Shown piece by piece: positions 36,592 through 44,886 of a DNA stretch of 64,000 nucleotides. Source of the DNA: Escherichia phage DK-13; the sequence record MT611523.1; one strand, given 5' to 3'. The notes below the pieces were generated by a model. The model ran no database searches. It worked only from the letters and a program-made list of their open reading frames with translations, and was not told where the DNA came from. Made by a program: the position numbers and the translations under genes. Numbering within the stretch: the first letter of the stretch is position 1; the number at the start of each line of letters is the position of its first letter.

Positions 36592-37152
36592 TTATTGCTC
36601 TTGTACACAGTCAAGAACATAATAATCACCAACAAATCCAGCATCAACTATCACGAATTTCTGGTCAACTGGAACAAACCATTCAAGCTCAGAATCAATC
36701 ATGTCCATGTATTCTTCACGTCTTAACGTTGCCGCCTGTTCGGAACCAGAAGCTGTATTGAAGAATTCCAGTGGAACATCAAGCGCGAGCTTACGCATTA
36801 CATCATGGTAACAAAAAGCTTTTGTCTGATTCAATCTGACGATAGTCCTTGTCACATATTCCATTGCAGCAAAATCCCTGGCAATACCATAGTCTTCTGT
36901 AAAGGAGGTTATCCTTCCAAATTCAAAAGGTTGCATTGATTCTTTTGCTTCATCTAACAAATCAATCTCTTGCTGGGTCACCCCACGATACAAGACTGTA
37001 TCAGGTATAGACAACCTTGACTTGATGATTGAGTTAACGTTTGAATGCAAGGTCTTATCAACCTTTGATGTGCGGCATTCAAATAATGAAGCTATCTCCA
37101 TTTCACTAAATTTTAACTGGTTGGGTTCGGTATCAGATTTGATGATGTTCAT
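36592..37152 (-). CDS. modB: ADP-ribosyltransferase ModB-like
   Basis: 186 aa; ART-like motifs (VLYRGVT; RITSFTEDYGIA; DSELEWF); paralog of adjacent ORF; position as T4 modB. Confidence 0.55.
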   Translation of the reverse strand: MNIIKSDTEPNQLKFSEMEIASLFECRTSKVDKTLHSNVNSIIKSRLSIPDTVLYRGVTQQEIDLLDEAKESMQPFEFGRITSFTEDYGIARDFAAMEYVTRTIVRLNQTKAFCYHDVMRKLALDVPLEFFNTASGSEQAATLRREEYMDMIDSELEWFVPVDQKFVIVDAGFVGDYYVLDCVQEQ

Positions 37153-37208
37153 AATGGCCTCTCTGTTGTAAGAAAGACCATTATGTCATTAGGAGGGGAG
37201 TAAGTAAA

Positions 37209-37442
37209 CTACTTAAATACTCCAAGTGGGACGCCAAAGACTGCAATGTCTACGGCCATGCCAATCGGAGATTGATATGATGAGTAAGAACTTTTCGATT
37301 CTGTCGGGCGTTTGACTTTAATTGTCTCGGATTCAGTCTTAAGCCTTTGTAAGCGATTAATTTTTTGTTGCTCAATTTCCTTATGATCGTGTTTACGGTC
37401 GATATCCAGCGTCGATGTGGGGATATTTGTTAACCAGTTCAT
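37209..37442 (-). CDS. hypothetical protein (77 aa)
   Basis: track ORF 37209..37463; ATG at 37442 overlaps upstream stop (ATGA). Confidence 0.4.
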   Translation of the reverse strand: MNWLTNIPTSTLDIDRKHDHKEIEQQKINRLQRLKTESETIKVKRPTESKSSYSSYQSPIGMAVDIAVFGVPLGVFK

Positions 37443-37618
37443 CGTTTCACCCATGGTGCCCATGGAGGTGGGTCGTCGTAATATGAGGCCAGGTCGCGTA
37501 GAACTTCCATTGGAAGACTAAAACCATGCTTCTGTATAATCGCATCAAGTTCGTCAACTAGGTCCACACGGGCTTCTGCGGGAGCTTTAGGCTCTTCAAA
37601 AAGTTCAAATAAATCCAT
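37439..37618 (-). CDS. small hypothetical protein (59 aa)
   Basis: manual translation [59 protein letters not shown]; start overlaps upstream stop (TAATG). Confidence 0.3.
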   Translation of the reverse strand: MDLFELFEEPKAPAEARVDLVDELDAIIQKHGFSLPMEVLRDLASYYDDPPPWAPWVKR

Positions 37619-38106
37619 TAGTAGCCACCGATAGGACCGTAACCATACATACGAGCACGCATTTTAGTATCTTGAATAGCTTCTTCTGTTAAAGTAAAGC
37701 GCAAGCCGATATCAAAGTGCTTCCAAATCTGACGTTCGACTTCAGCAAGGTCGTCGGTAGTGGAAATCAGATATGTGCGACCTTGAAGACGTTCAGTGGC
37801 CATTTTATCTCTATCTTTATAGAAAATATCCGCAGTACCTTCTGCATATGGGTCCGGGTGACGATAGCCTTTGATGTGCAGAGCTTCAGAAACAGTAAAC
37901 GGACACCCTTCGGCAACATCAACGTTTTTTCTATGAAATACCTTCAGCATAACGTTTTCTGGCATCGTCAGGTTCATTAATTTTGTTTCCAATGCAGTGA
38001 CCGAATCCATGCCATTGTAAACCATGATAAGGCATGCGGTAGCATCGTAAGGTCGTGTTTGACCTGCCGAATCACGGACATAGAATTCTAATTCATATAC
38101 TTTCAT
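37618..38106 (-). CDS. hypothetical protein (162 aa), at the T4 mrh position
   Basis: ATG ORF between soc and modB-like gene; Mrh assignment by position and size only. Confidence 0.5.
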   Translation of the reverse strand: MKVYELEFYVRDSAGQTRPYDATACLIMVYNGMDSVTALETKLMNLTMPENVMLKVFHRKNVDVAEGCPFTVSEALHIKGYRHPDPYAEGTADIFYKDRDKMATERLQGRTYLISTTDDLAEVERQIWKHFDIGLRFTLTEEAIQDTKMRARMYGYGPIGGY

Positions 38107-38252
38107 AATGTTTTCCTCTTACCGACTAATGGACCATCAGGAACTTTATTTTCCTTGATGTACTTTTCGTTTTCTTCCATCATTTTACTGCCAATTTTCA
38201 AAAGCAAATCCAGTGCTTCTTTTGCTCGGCGTTCAGCATCTTCTTGTGTCAT
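38103..38252 (-). CDS. small hypothetical protein (49 aa)
   Basis: manual translation [49 protein letters not shown]; ATGA overlaps at both ends. Confidence 0.3.
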   Translation of the reverse strand: MTQEDAERRAKEALDLLLKIGSKMMEENEKYIKENKVPDGPLVGKRKTL

Positions 38253-38443
38253 GATTTATCTCCGTAGATATCACGCATCAGTTTAAGCGCTGCTCGTTCA
38301 GTCTTCTTTTCCTGCATGGCTTTAAGCCCGTTAACGGCCCATTCTTCAGCTTCGCGCTGCATTTCTTCCTCGGCCCTGGCTACCCAGGAATCATCAATCC
38401 CTGGAGTAACCAACCAATCTTTAAGCCAACTTGTAATTCTCAT
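38249..38443 (-). CDS. hypothetical protein (64 aa)
   Basis: ATG ORF; N-terminus [10 protein letters not shown] resembles N-terminus of next ORF. Confidence 0.45.
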   Translation of the reverse strand: MRITSWLKDWLVTPGIDDSWVARAEEEMQREAEEWAVNGLKAMQEKKTERAALKLMRDIYGDKS

Positions 38444-38785
38444 TTAATCACACGAGCTGGAAGACGAATCACAGCTTCCCGAATCATAGGAGGAATAAGA
38501 CGAATCACCGGTCCACGAACTAACTGCGGCAGCGGTGACCACAATCGAAGTAGTATCGATACTGCTTTGCGCTTGGGCTCTTTGTTCTTGCAGTCGAGTT
38601 AAACGTTTTTGTAAGTCTTCTTCTGACATTGTAGAATATAGGTCTTTTGATTTCGATTTGACCACTTCTTCCATCATGCCATCACCCATGTAAACATATT
38701 CTCTTAGCTTGACATCTGGTATGCTAACAGGAACCACACCTTCACCCGGTTTGGTCTTGAATAAATTCTTGAGCCAACTAATCAT
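38444..38785 (-). CDS. hypothetical protein (113 aa) with Ser-rich C-terminal tail
   Basis: ATG ORF; N-terminus MISWLKNLFK; C-terminal SSWTGDSSYSSYDSGSCDSSSSSCD. Confidence 0.45.
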   Translation of the reverse strand: MISWLKNLFKTKPGEGVVPVSIPDVKLREYVYMGDGMMEEVVKSKSKDLYSTMSEEDLQKRLTRLQEQRAQAQSSIDTTSIVVTAAAVSSWTGDSSYSSYDSGSCDSSSSSCD

Positions 38786-38979
38786 AGGAAACCACGTTTA
38801 AATTCAACTTTACCATCATCACAACGGATTTCAATATTGAATTCTAAAGAATCATCATCGTGCATCATAAACGAGTGCACGACAACCTCGTCAAACACAC
38901 CCAGACCATACTTAAAATGTACATCATGGGCAATAACTTCGTCTAAAGTTTTGTTCGGTTTAATCCAACGGTTTAACAT
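38782..38979 (-). CDS. hypothetical protein (65 aa)
   Basis: ATG ORF preceded by TATAAT and leader TATCTCAACTACAGAGGAG. Confidence 0.45.
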   Translation of the reverse strand: MLNRWIKPNKTLDEVIAHDVHFKYGLGVFDEVVVHSFMMHDDDSLEFNIEIRCDDGKVEFKRGFL

Positions 38980-39024
38980 AGTATTCTCCTCTGTAGTTGA
39001 GATAATTATACCATCTCTATTAAA

Positions 39025-39050
39025 AGCAAAAAGGGAACCCGAAGGTTCCC
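39025..39050 (-). terminator. rho-independent terminator after soc
   Basis: minus strand GGGAACC-UUCG-GGUUCCC followed by UUUUUGCUUUU. Confidence 0.6.
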
Positions 39051-39055
39051 TATAA

Positions 39056-39289
39056 TTAAACTACTGGGGTAGGCGTAAACATCGCCGCGTTCTTAGTTCG
39101 CCAATCAGCTGCACTAGACGCTACGGTGACATAAGCGGCCTTTTCGGAAGGAAAAGTCTGATAGTGTGCATTAGCAATACGGTGCTCGTTCGAATAGATT
39201 TCAAACGGAACAGATACTTCAACACCTTTAACTTCAACACCTTCACCAGCTGGATGCGTAAAGGTTTTGATATTAACGAAACCACCCAT
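39056..39289 (-). CDS. soc: small outer capsid protein Soc
   Basis: 77 aa; ...VNIKTF.....G...KG.E.SV.F..YS..H.I..AHYQTFPSEKAAY.TV resembles T4 Soc. Confidence 0.85.
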   Translation of the reverse strand: MGGFVNIKTFTHPAGEGVEVKGVEVSVPFEIYSNEHRIANAHYQTFPSEKAAYVTVASSAADWRTKNAAMFTPTPVV

Positions 39290-39332
39290 AATTAACTCCT
39301 TTGTTGTTTAATTACAGGTGTATTTATACTGC

Positions 39333-39566
39333 TTATTTTATCATAACCTTTTTAGTTAAAAGCTCGTCGGGATGCCTTCTGGCGTATGAAGGGCTTTCTT
39401 TTACTGGGGTATTTGAAATAACATCACTTAATTTATCAGCTCTAGCTTTTAATTCTACGTGTTCTTTTGAATCTTTAAAAGGATGACTAATTATTTGCAA
39501 ATTAAGACCATGTAATTCATATTTAAGCCCTTCCATAAATCTTGCTGGGCACCCGTAATTATTCAT
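39333..39566 (-). CDS. hypothetical protein (77 aa)
   Basis: ATG ORF abutting the 3' end of the HNH gene; could be a separate gene or a frameshifted C-terminal part. Confidence 0.35.
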   Translation of the reverse strand: MNNYGCPARFMEGLKYELHGLNLQIISHPFKDSKEHVELKARADKLSDVISNTPVKESPSYARRHPDELLTKKVMIK

Positions 39567-40392
39567 TTTCGAACCTCTTTACCATGTTTATATAATTTTC
39601 GTCTGGATAACCTAAACTAACTGCTAACTTTCTAAAATTCACATATTTAGGTTTGTTATTACTAAGCCATAAATCTCTAAGCTCAATTTCATAATTCCAT
39701 TTAAGCTGGTTTCCTCTAGCAGTTTTGCTCAAAGTTTTTCCTTTATCTTTTAGAGCTTTTTCCGAAGACTGTTTTAATTTTTGGAGATTTAAAACTTCCT
39801 CAACAGATAAATTATTTTCTTCTGCATAGCGCGCACAAAAATCTTTTACTGTAGCTATTAGACAGTTTTTGTGGGTACCTAAAACTTCCGGATTATTTTC
39901 TTCAACCAAAACTCCCCAGTATCTTCGATAGCGAGGCATATCCCGCGAAATCCAGTCATTATACCAGAAATCAAAATTAGAATACATAAAGGATTTTCTT
40001 TTACGGAGAATGTCTTGCTCTATCCACTCCCCGCGTTTATCGGCCCATAACTTAATAGTAAGGTCTTTCTCTAAATCAGAAAGCTTCTTAAACTGGGCAC
40101 TATTTGTTAGTGTCATTCTCTGGAATGCATTAAGCAAACCCAACACCCGAGTTGAGCACAAAAGATAATGAACATATATGTGTTGGTATATAGGAAGATA
40201 CACCCTATTCCAAGGAGAGATTTTAAAATCGCTGTATTCTGGAAATGCACACTTCGGAAGTATATGATGAGCTTCCGTTTTAGATTTGGTATGGACGTTT
40301 AGTTTATACTTATCTATAATTTTTAAGTAATCATCTAAAAGTTCCCATTGCGGGAACTTTTCTTTAAGAACGGATTTGAAATTAATATCCAT
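39559..40392 (-). CDS. HNH-family homing endonuclease-like protein
   Basis: track start 40407 is TTG; ATG at 40392 with AGGA SD; HNH motif EAHHILPKCAFPEYSDFKISPWNRVYLPIYQHIYVH; inserted between 56 and soc. Confidence 0.7.
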   Translation of the reverse strand: MDINFKSVLKEKFPQWELLDDYLKIIDKYKLNVHTKSKTEAHHILPKCAFPEYSDFKISPWNRVYLPIYQHIYVHYLLCSTRVLGLLNAFQRMTLTNSAQFKKLSDLEKDLTIKLWADKRGEWIEQDILRKRKSFMYSNFDFWYNDWISRDMPRYRRYWGVLVEENNPEVLGTHKNCLIATVKDFCARYAEENNLSVEEVLNLQKLKQSSEKALKDKGKTLSKTARGNQLKWNYEIELRDLWLSNNKPKYVNFRKLAVSLGYPDENYINMVKRFENE

Positions 40393-40897
40393 TGTCCTGA
40401 CGTTCAAAGTTGTGTTTATTTTTCAAATAATAAAGTTTAAACATTTCTTCGGCTGACATATTAAGACCAATAGCCATATTGAATACAAAGTGCATAATGT
40501 CAATTAATTCAAATTTAATTTCGAGTTGGTCTTCAGGAGACATTTCTGAAATAGGTTTAGCTTGTGCTTCCAGATAACGAGCTTTCCATTTTTTCCAGAC
40601 ACCTGAAGCATCTTTTTCACCTTTAGACATTTCACCGAGAGAAGTCAAAAGTTCACGGAATTCATCATCAATACAGTCTTTCTGTTCGCGCATCCAGGCA
40701 ACTACATCGCCTGCAGTGGCCAGTTTATCCGGATGGTAGCAATAATCACGGTCATTAGCCAGACGAACCTGCAATGATTTCTGCATATCAAGCATAACTT
40801 GCAGTGGGTCAGTGCCTTCAAAAATTGCATTATCATAAGCGCCTTGAGCTTTATCAACACCAGCAATCAGTTGAGAACACTCGTTAAAATGAGCCAT
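40382..40897 (-). CDS. 56: dCTP pyrophosphatase gp56
   Basis: start moved to ATG 40897 (MAHFNEC...); ...DPLQVMLDMQ..LQ.RLAN.R.YCYHPDKL.TAGDVV.WMREQKDCIDDEFRELLTSLGEMS.GEK.AS.VWKKWKARY.EAQ resembles T4 gp56. Confidence 0.9.
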   Translation of the reverse strand: MAHFNECSQLIAGVDKAQGAYDNAIFEGTDPLQVMLDMQKSLQVRLANDRDYCYHPDKLATAGDVVAWMREQKDCIDDEFRELLTSLGEMSKGEKDASGVWKKWKARYLEAQAKPISEMSPEDQLEIKFELIDIMHFVFNMAIGLNMSAEEMFKLYYLKNKHNFERQDNGY

Positions 40898-40981
40898 TAT
40901 ATTTTTCCTTATCAATTCATGTTGTTTGTATGTTAATTATATCGTATTGGTTTAAAGCATAAATACACGGAAGGAGGATAT

Positions 40982-41179
40982 ATGCTCAAACTATCTAGTC
41001 TAATTCAAGCCATCAAAGGCAGTCGTAAGCGAACGATTCTGGTCCTTTCGATACTCTGTTTAGTTCTACTCTGGAACTTCGTTGTTGCCCCTATTGCATT
41101 GGCACATGGTGTTATATTGCCAGTCGTCGCGCTCGAATCAGTTGTAGATGTTTCACTGGCATTAATCGGCCTTATATAG
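40982..41179 (+). CDS. possible small membrane protein (65 aa) on the opposite strand
   Basis: ATG with strong AAGGAGG SD 4 nt upstream; CATAAATA (late-promoter-like) at about 40958-40965; two hydrophobic segments; all neighbours are on minus strand. Confidence 0.35.
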   Translation: MLKLSSLIQAIKGSRKRTILVLSILCLVLLWNFVVAPIALAHGVILPVVALESVVDVSLALIGLI

Positions 41180-41358
41180 GTGGAACTATGTGAACATTAT
41201 TCTATCAGATTTGGAAATTAACCAGTAAGAAAAGCCCATGATGTTTCTCTGTGGAACTTACTGGTTGTGCCTATCGCTGCAACACAAGGGGTGCACTTAC
41301 CTCAGGTCACAACGGAACATATCCATTCCATCATCGGTTACTTTACCGGAATCCCTTC

Positions 41359-42108
41359 CTAAACTTTTGCGTACTTCCAAAAATGGCCGTTTGACCTATA
41401 CATTCGGCCTGTCTTTTTATTTCTTTTACAAGCTGTGTATATATTTTGAGTATTGCCCGCCAATTGTAATAATTCCTTTGCCTCAGCTCCCGAATTATAC
41501 TTTTCAAGTATATTACCAAATTCATCGCATCTACAAACCGGTGTTCCAGTTGCCTTTCGGCATGCTTCTCGGCGCAACTTTTTCGTTTCTTCGGTTTGCG
41601 GATTTTCTTTAAATCGTCTCATTTGTGCATCGCGATTCTTTTGCCGTTGTTCATCAGTAATTGGATTATTTTGATAATACAATTTTAATGAGTTGGCTAT
41701 TTTGCTTTTGGTTTTATCAGACGCAGGGTGGTCGTTATGTCGCTTGTGTAAAGCAATTAACATTTTGTCTTTAAACTCGGATTGACTCCATAAGTTTGAC
41801 ATATGTTCACTAACGGCTTTACTATGTTCTTTTCGCATCCATTCATATTTTGCGCTATCAAATTTGTCACCACACATCCGGTGTATAGCAAACATTAATT
41901 TAGAAAGTCGATAAATTTTAAAAAGTAACAAATGCGCAATAAAATGTTCTCTTGCTGATAACAATACCAAATTATCTTCGGTGTCAGGCCCACCCAAACA
42001 CCTTGGTAGTATATGATGGGACTCCGTATAAAATGGGATATTCTTTTTGTTTAGGCCCCTTGCGAGGCCTTTGTCTATTAATTTATTATATAATTTTAGA
42101 TAATTCAT
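41359..42108 (-). CDS. HNH-family homing endonuclease-like protein
   Basis: 249 aa; HNH motif ESHHILPRCLGGPDTEDNLVLLSAREHFIAH; N-terminus paralogous to plus-strand HNH ORF at 56212; inserted between 61 and 56. Confidence 0.75.
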   Translation of the reverse strand: MNYLKLYNKLIDKGLARGLNKKNIPFYTESHHILPRCLGGPDTEDNLVLLSAREHFIAHLLLFKIYRLSKLMFAIHRMCGDKFDSAKYEWMRKEHSKAVSEHMSNLWSQSEFKDKMLIALHKRHNDHPASDKTKSKIANSLKLYYQNNPITDEQRQKNRDAQMRRFKENPQTEETKKLRREACRKATGTPVCRCDEFGNILEKYNSGAEAKELLQLAGNTQNIYTACKRNKKTGRMYRSNGHFWKYAKV

Positions 42109-43133
42109 ATTTTTGCATATTTGGATAATCGAAGTTTTGCCATTAAACCTTGTGCAATATTATCATTCATATAGGCTTCAATTTGCTCAGGCGTTGCTCC
42201 TTCCGATTTAATCATTTCATTTATATCTTTCGTATGCCACGGTGCATTGTCCCAGAACATAACAGCTTCTCCTGCATCGACTAATTTCTTCATACGTTTA
42301 ATTGTATCAGGATGTCTTGCTTCTGAATCCATCACCCATACTCTGGTTTCTGGATAAGGAACAGCTTCCAATGACAATGTTCCACCAGTTATCGCAATGC
42401 TGTTAGGGATAAACAAACTATCAATCGGACCTTCCATTACCCATACACGTTTACGCTCATCAATCTTGTCTACGCCATAGACTTTGGAAGCTTCTGGGTG
42501 AGCTTTGATTGTGATATATTTTTGTGGTGCATCTTTGCGAAGAGCTCGTCCTTGGAAAGATTCGATTTCTTTTTTGCCGTTGAAGATAGGAATAACCAAG
42601 CGTGGTTCATTCGTTTCATTCTTATACGTCCCAGGATTAACGGAGTTAACTAATGCGGGCCATTGGTTTGTAAACCATAACCGGTTCCAAACATTGCTCG
42701 GAATACACCGACTTTTTACATACTTAACTATCGGATGCGCTTCTGGTAAAGTATCGAGTCTTTCACAAAAAGCAAGCTGCTCAATAACCGGAGTTTTTTC
42801 TGGTTCTTTCGGAGTTTCAATGACTTCATTGCGTTGTCGCCCGAAGGCGTTCTCCTTATACTTCTCAACCATATATTCCCGGTGTAAATCCGGCTCAAAC
42901 TCTTTTATGTATTTGCTTATATGCGTGGAGTAGTCACAGTTAAAACATTTCACGTAAACCGCACCATCAGCCGGATTAGTATACGCCCAGAATCGAGCCT
43001 TGTGTGAATCTTTCTGGGAGTCCCCACAAACCTTGCAACGACAGTTTGCTTTAAATGTGCTCCCGGTGACTTCTCTATAACGTGGTTGATACGATAAAGC
43101 TCTGACTGCAAATTCTTTATCAATATATGACAT
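42105..43133 (-). CDS. 61: DNA primase gp61
   Basis: 342 aa; zinc-ribbon C.VCGDS...C.NC then TOPRIM-like region (...EGPIDSLF..N.IAITGG...); C-terminal IAQGLMAK.RLSKYAKI resembles T4 gp61. Confidence 0.9.
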   Translation of the reverse strand: MSYIDKEFAVRALSYQPRYREVTGSTFKANCRCKVCGDSQKDSHKARFWAYTNPADGAVYVKCFNCDYSTHISKYIKEFEPDLHREYMVEKYKENAFGRQRNEVIETPKEPEKTPVIEQLAFCERLDTLPEAHPIVKYVKSRCIPSNVWNRLWFTNQWPALVNSVNPGTYKNETNEPRLVIPIFNGKKEIESFQGRALRKDAPQKYITIKAHPEASKVYGVDKIDERKRVWVMEGPIDSLFIPNSIAITGGTLSLEAVPYPETRVWVMDSEARHPDTIKRMKKLVDAGEAVMFWDNAPWHTKDINEMIKSEGATPEQIEAYMNDNIAQGLMAKLRLSKYAKI

Positions 43134-43165
43134 AGTTTCCTCATTTCAATGGCCCCGAAGGACCA

Positions 43166-43333
43166 TTATACTGTAGGTTTATCGTCTTTGTTCTTACGCT
43201 TTTTTGATGGGATTTGTTCAGGGCCTTTATTGACAACTGCCCCGGAAGTGGTACCTGTTGCGATATTAGTTGGGTTTCCACCTGCATCACCGGCAACCAT
43301 ATTTTCGTTGATAAAATCTTTGAATGTTTTCAT
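43166..43333 (-). CDS. small hypothetical protein (55 aa)
   Basis: manual translation MKTFKDFINENMVAGDAGGNPTNIATGTTSGAVVNKGPEQIPSKKRKNKDDKPTV; strong SD AGGGGGTG. Confidence 0.4.
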   Translation of the reverse strand: MKTFKDFINENMVAGDAGGNPTNIATGTTSGAVVNKGPEQIPSKKRKNKDDKPTV

Positions 43334-43352
43334 AACACCCCCTTTCCGCTAT

Positions 43353-43544
43353 TTATACAACGAAGATAGCTTTATCACCATTTGCATCAGTCACTTCATA
43401 AGTGTCTTCATGATACAATGGAATAATCCAGGTAACACCATCATCAGCGATAACATGGATTGCTTCTTGGTCTTGCGACACGATTTCATATTCTTCAAAA
43501 ATCTGGAAGACGGAAATCTTAGAGCCCGTACACATTGCACTCAT
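43353..43544 (-). CDS. hypothetical protein (63 aa)
   Basis: ATG ORF. Confidence 0.4.
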   Translation of the reverse strand: MSAMCTGSKISVFQIFEEYEIVSQDQEAIHVIADDGVTWIIPLYHEDTYEVTDANGDKAIFVV

Positions 43545-43740
43545 ATTGTTCCCTTCTTTTAATCAGTTGGCGATGTGCCTTTTTAAGTTTACGAATCTGA
43601 CGTTTAGTCGGTCGAGCAACGTAAGCTTGAGTAGTTACTCGTCCAAAAACTCCATACTTGGGAGACGGAGTATCAATAAAGACTTCCCATTGACAAGAGT
43701 AACTATATATTGCTTTAGAGAATTGGGTCAAAACAAACAT
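43519..43740 (-). CDS. hypothetical basic protein (73 aa)
   Basis: ATG ORF; basic C-terminus. Confidence 0.4.
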   Translation of the reverse strand: MFVLTQFSKAIYSYSCQWEVFIDTPSPKYGVFGRVTTQAYVARPTKRQIRKLKKAHRQLIKRREQYECNVYGL

Positions 43741-43741
43741 A

Positions 43742-44095
43742 TTAACCTCGCTTCATGAAGGCATTAAAAATCTGGTCGTCAACAGACTGTTCTTGAGCTT
43801 TGACCCAAGCTCCTTCCAGAATGTCATTCGCTTCAGTAGATATCATGACCCCAATTTCAGGGTTTCCTGTTATCCATGCTGCACAATCGCGCACATTCTT
43901 TTTATCAAATGGGTAGCCGCGAGTATCTTCATAAGGTCCATTCATTACCATAAATGAGCGAGCCTTTATGATAACATCATCTTTAACGATAATATAACCA
44001 ATCGCCTGATTAAACCGAGGCTCACGGAATTCATAATGAGCATTACCGTCATTATTGCTCGCTAGTTCAAAATTCAGAAAATTATAATAACTCAT
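43742..44095 (-). CDS. hypothetical protein (117 aa) ending in VDDQIFNAFMKRG
   Basis: ATG ORF; last 12 codons encoded by a 37-bp sequence repeated at the end of the next gene. Confidence 0.5.
   Translation of the reverse strand: MSYYNFLNFELASNNDGNAHYEFREPRFNQAIGYIIVKDDVIIKARSFMVMNGPYEDTRGYPFDKKNVRDCAAWITGNPEIGVMISTEANDILEGAWVKAQEQSVDDQIFNAFMKRG
43747..43783. repeat. 37-bp direct repeat, copy 1
   Basis: ctcgcttcatgaaggcattaaaaatctggtcgtcaac, identical to 44102..44138. Confidence 0.7.
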
Positions 44096-44096
44096 A

Positions 44097-44534
44097 CTAA
44101 TCTCGCTTCATGAAGGCATTAAAAATCTGGTCGTCAACTGAATATACAGGGGTTTCCAGAATTTTCAAAAGACTGTTTTTGATGTACTTACCCGGGATAC
44201 CCATATTAACAATACTGTCATTCAATTCATTGTCAGGGTTGATGTCTTTAAATTCAAACCCGTCAAACTCAACCTTGTCAGGAATACCATCAGCGAAAAA
44301 ATAAACCAATTGGTGCATTGTATTGCACGAAAATAATTTGGACTTGACCGCAATAAGTTCTTTCCAATGGTTTAATTCTTTGTTAAGAAGCTTATGAGCA
44401 AACGTAATTCTATCATCACTATCAACAAGAAAATAACCCAGGTATTGAATGTCGTCGCTCCAAAACACCCGGTATGCCTGTGCATTTGGATTTTTACAGC
44501 GAAGTTTTTTGATAACTAAATTTCTGTTAATCAT
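44097..44534 (-). CDS. hypothetical protein (145 aa) ending in VDDQIFNAFMKRD
   Basis: track ORF 44097..44621; start moved to ATG 44534 with AGGTGA SD directly after sp stop. Confidence 0.45.
   Translation of the reverse strand: MINRNLVIKKLRCKNPNAQAYRVFWSDDIQYLGYFLVDSDDRITFAHKLLNKELNHWKELIAVKSKLFSCNTMHQLVYFFADGIPDKVEFDGFEFKDINPDNELNDSIVNMGIPGKYIKNSLLKILETPVYSVDDQIFNAFMKRD
44102..44138. repeat. 37-bp direct repeat, copy 2
   Basis: identical to 43747..43783. Confidence 0.7.
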
Positions 44535-44535
44535 T

Positions 44536-44829
44536 TTATTCACCTGTAACCCATTGAACAATTTTGCTATTGTCAAATGAAGCATCGCAATACAGAACAT
44601 AGTTATACTGCATAACGTCACCAGAAGTCAATTTGTCAGATACTTCTTTAACCATATCAGGGCGGTCACGTTTAGTTATGTTCATAATATCAGCATAAAT
44701 CTGATGTTCAACATCAGTCTGGTCGGCAGTCATAGACCACTCACAAAGGTCTTTATCAAGTCCAGCAGTAACTGGAGCTGTACCACATGATGCTACGGTA
44801 AGAATTGCCGCGATTAATAACTTTTTCAT
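44536..44829 (-). CDS. sp: periplasmic superinfection-exclusion protein Sp (spackle)-like
   Basis: 97 aa with N-terminal signal peptide MKKLLIAAILTVASCGTAP; same length and position (between 61 and 41) as T4 sp. Confidence 0.55.
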   Translation of the reverse strand: MKKLLIAAILTVASCGTAPVTAGLDKDLCEWSMTADQTDVEHQIYADIMNITKRDRPDMVKEVSDKLTSGDVMQYNYVLYCDASFDNSKIVQWVTGE

Positions 44830-44886
44830 TTCAATCTCCTCAGTAGTTGATAGGGATAATATACAGCATTATCCCTTTGTTGTACA

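Noticed and set aside
41238-41612. 124-aa plus-strand ORF and 60-aa minus ORF 41343..41525 overlapping the HNH gene
   Set aside because: Overlap the HNH endonuclease ORF, which has recognisable catalytic motifs; no independent support.
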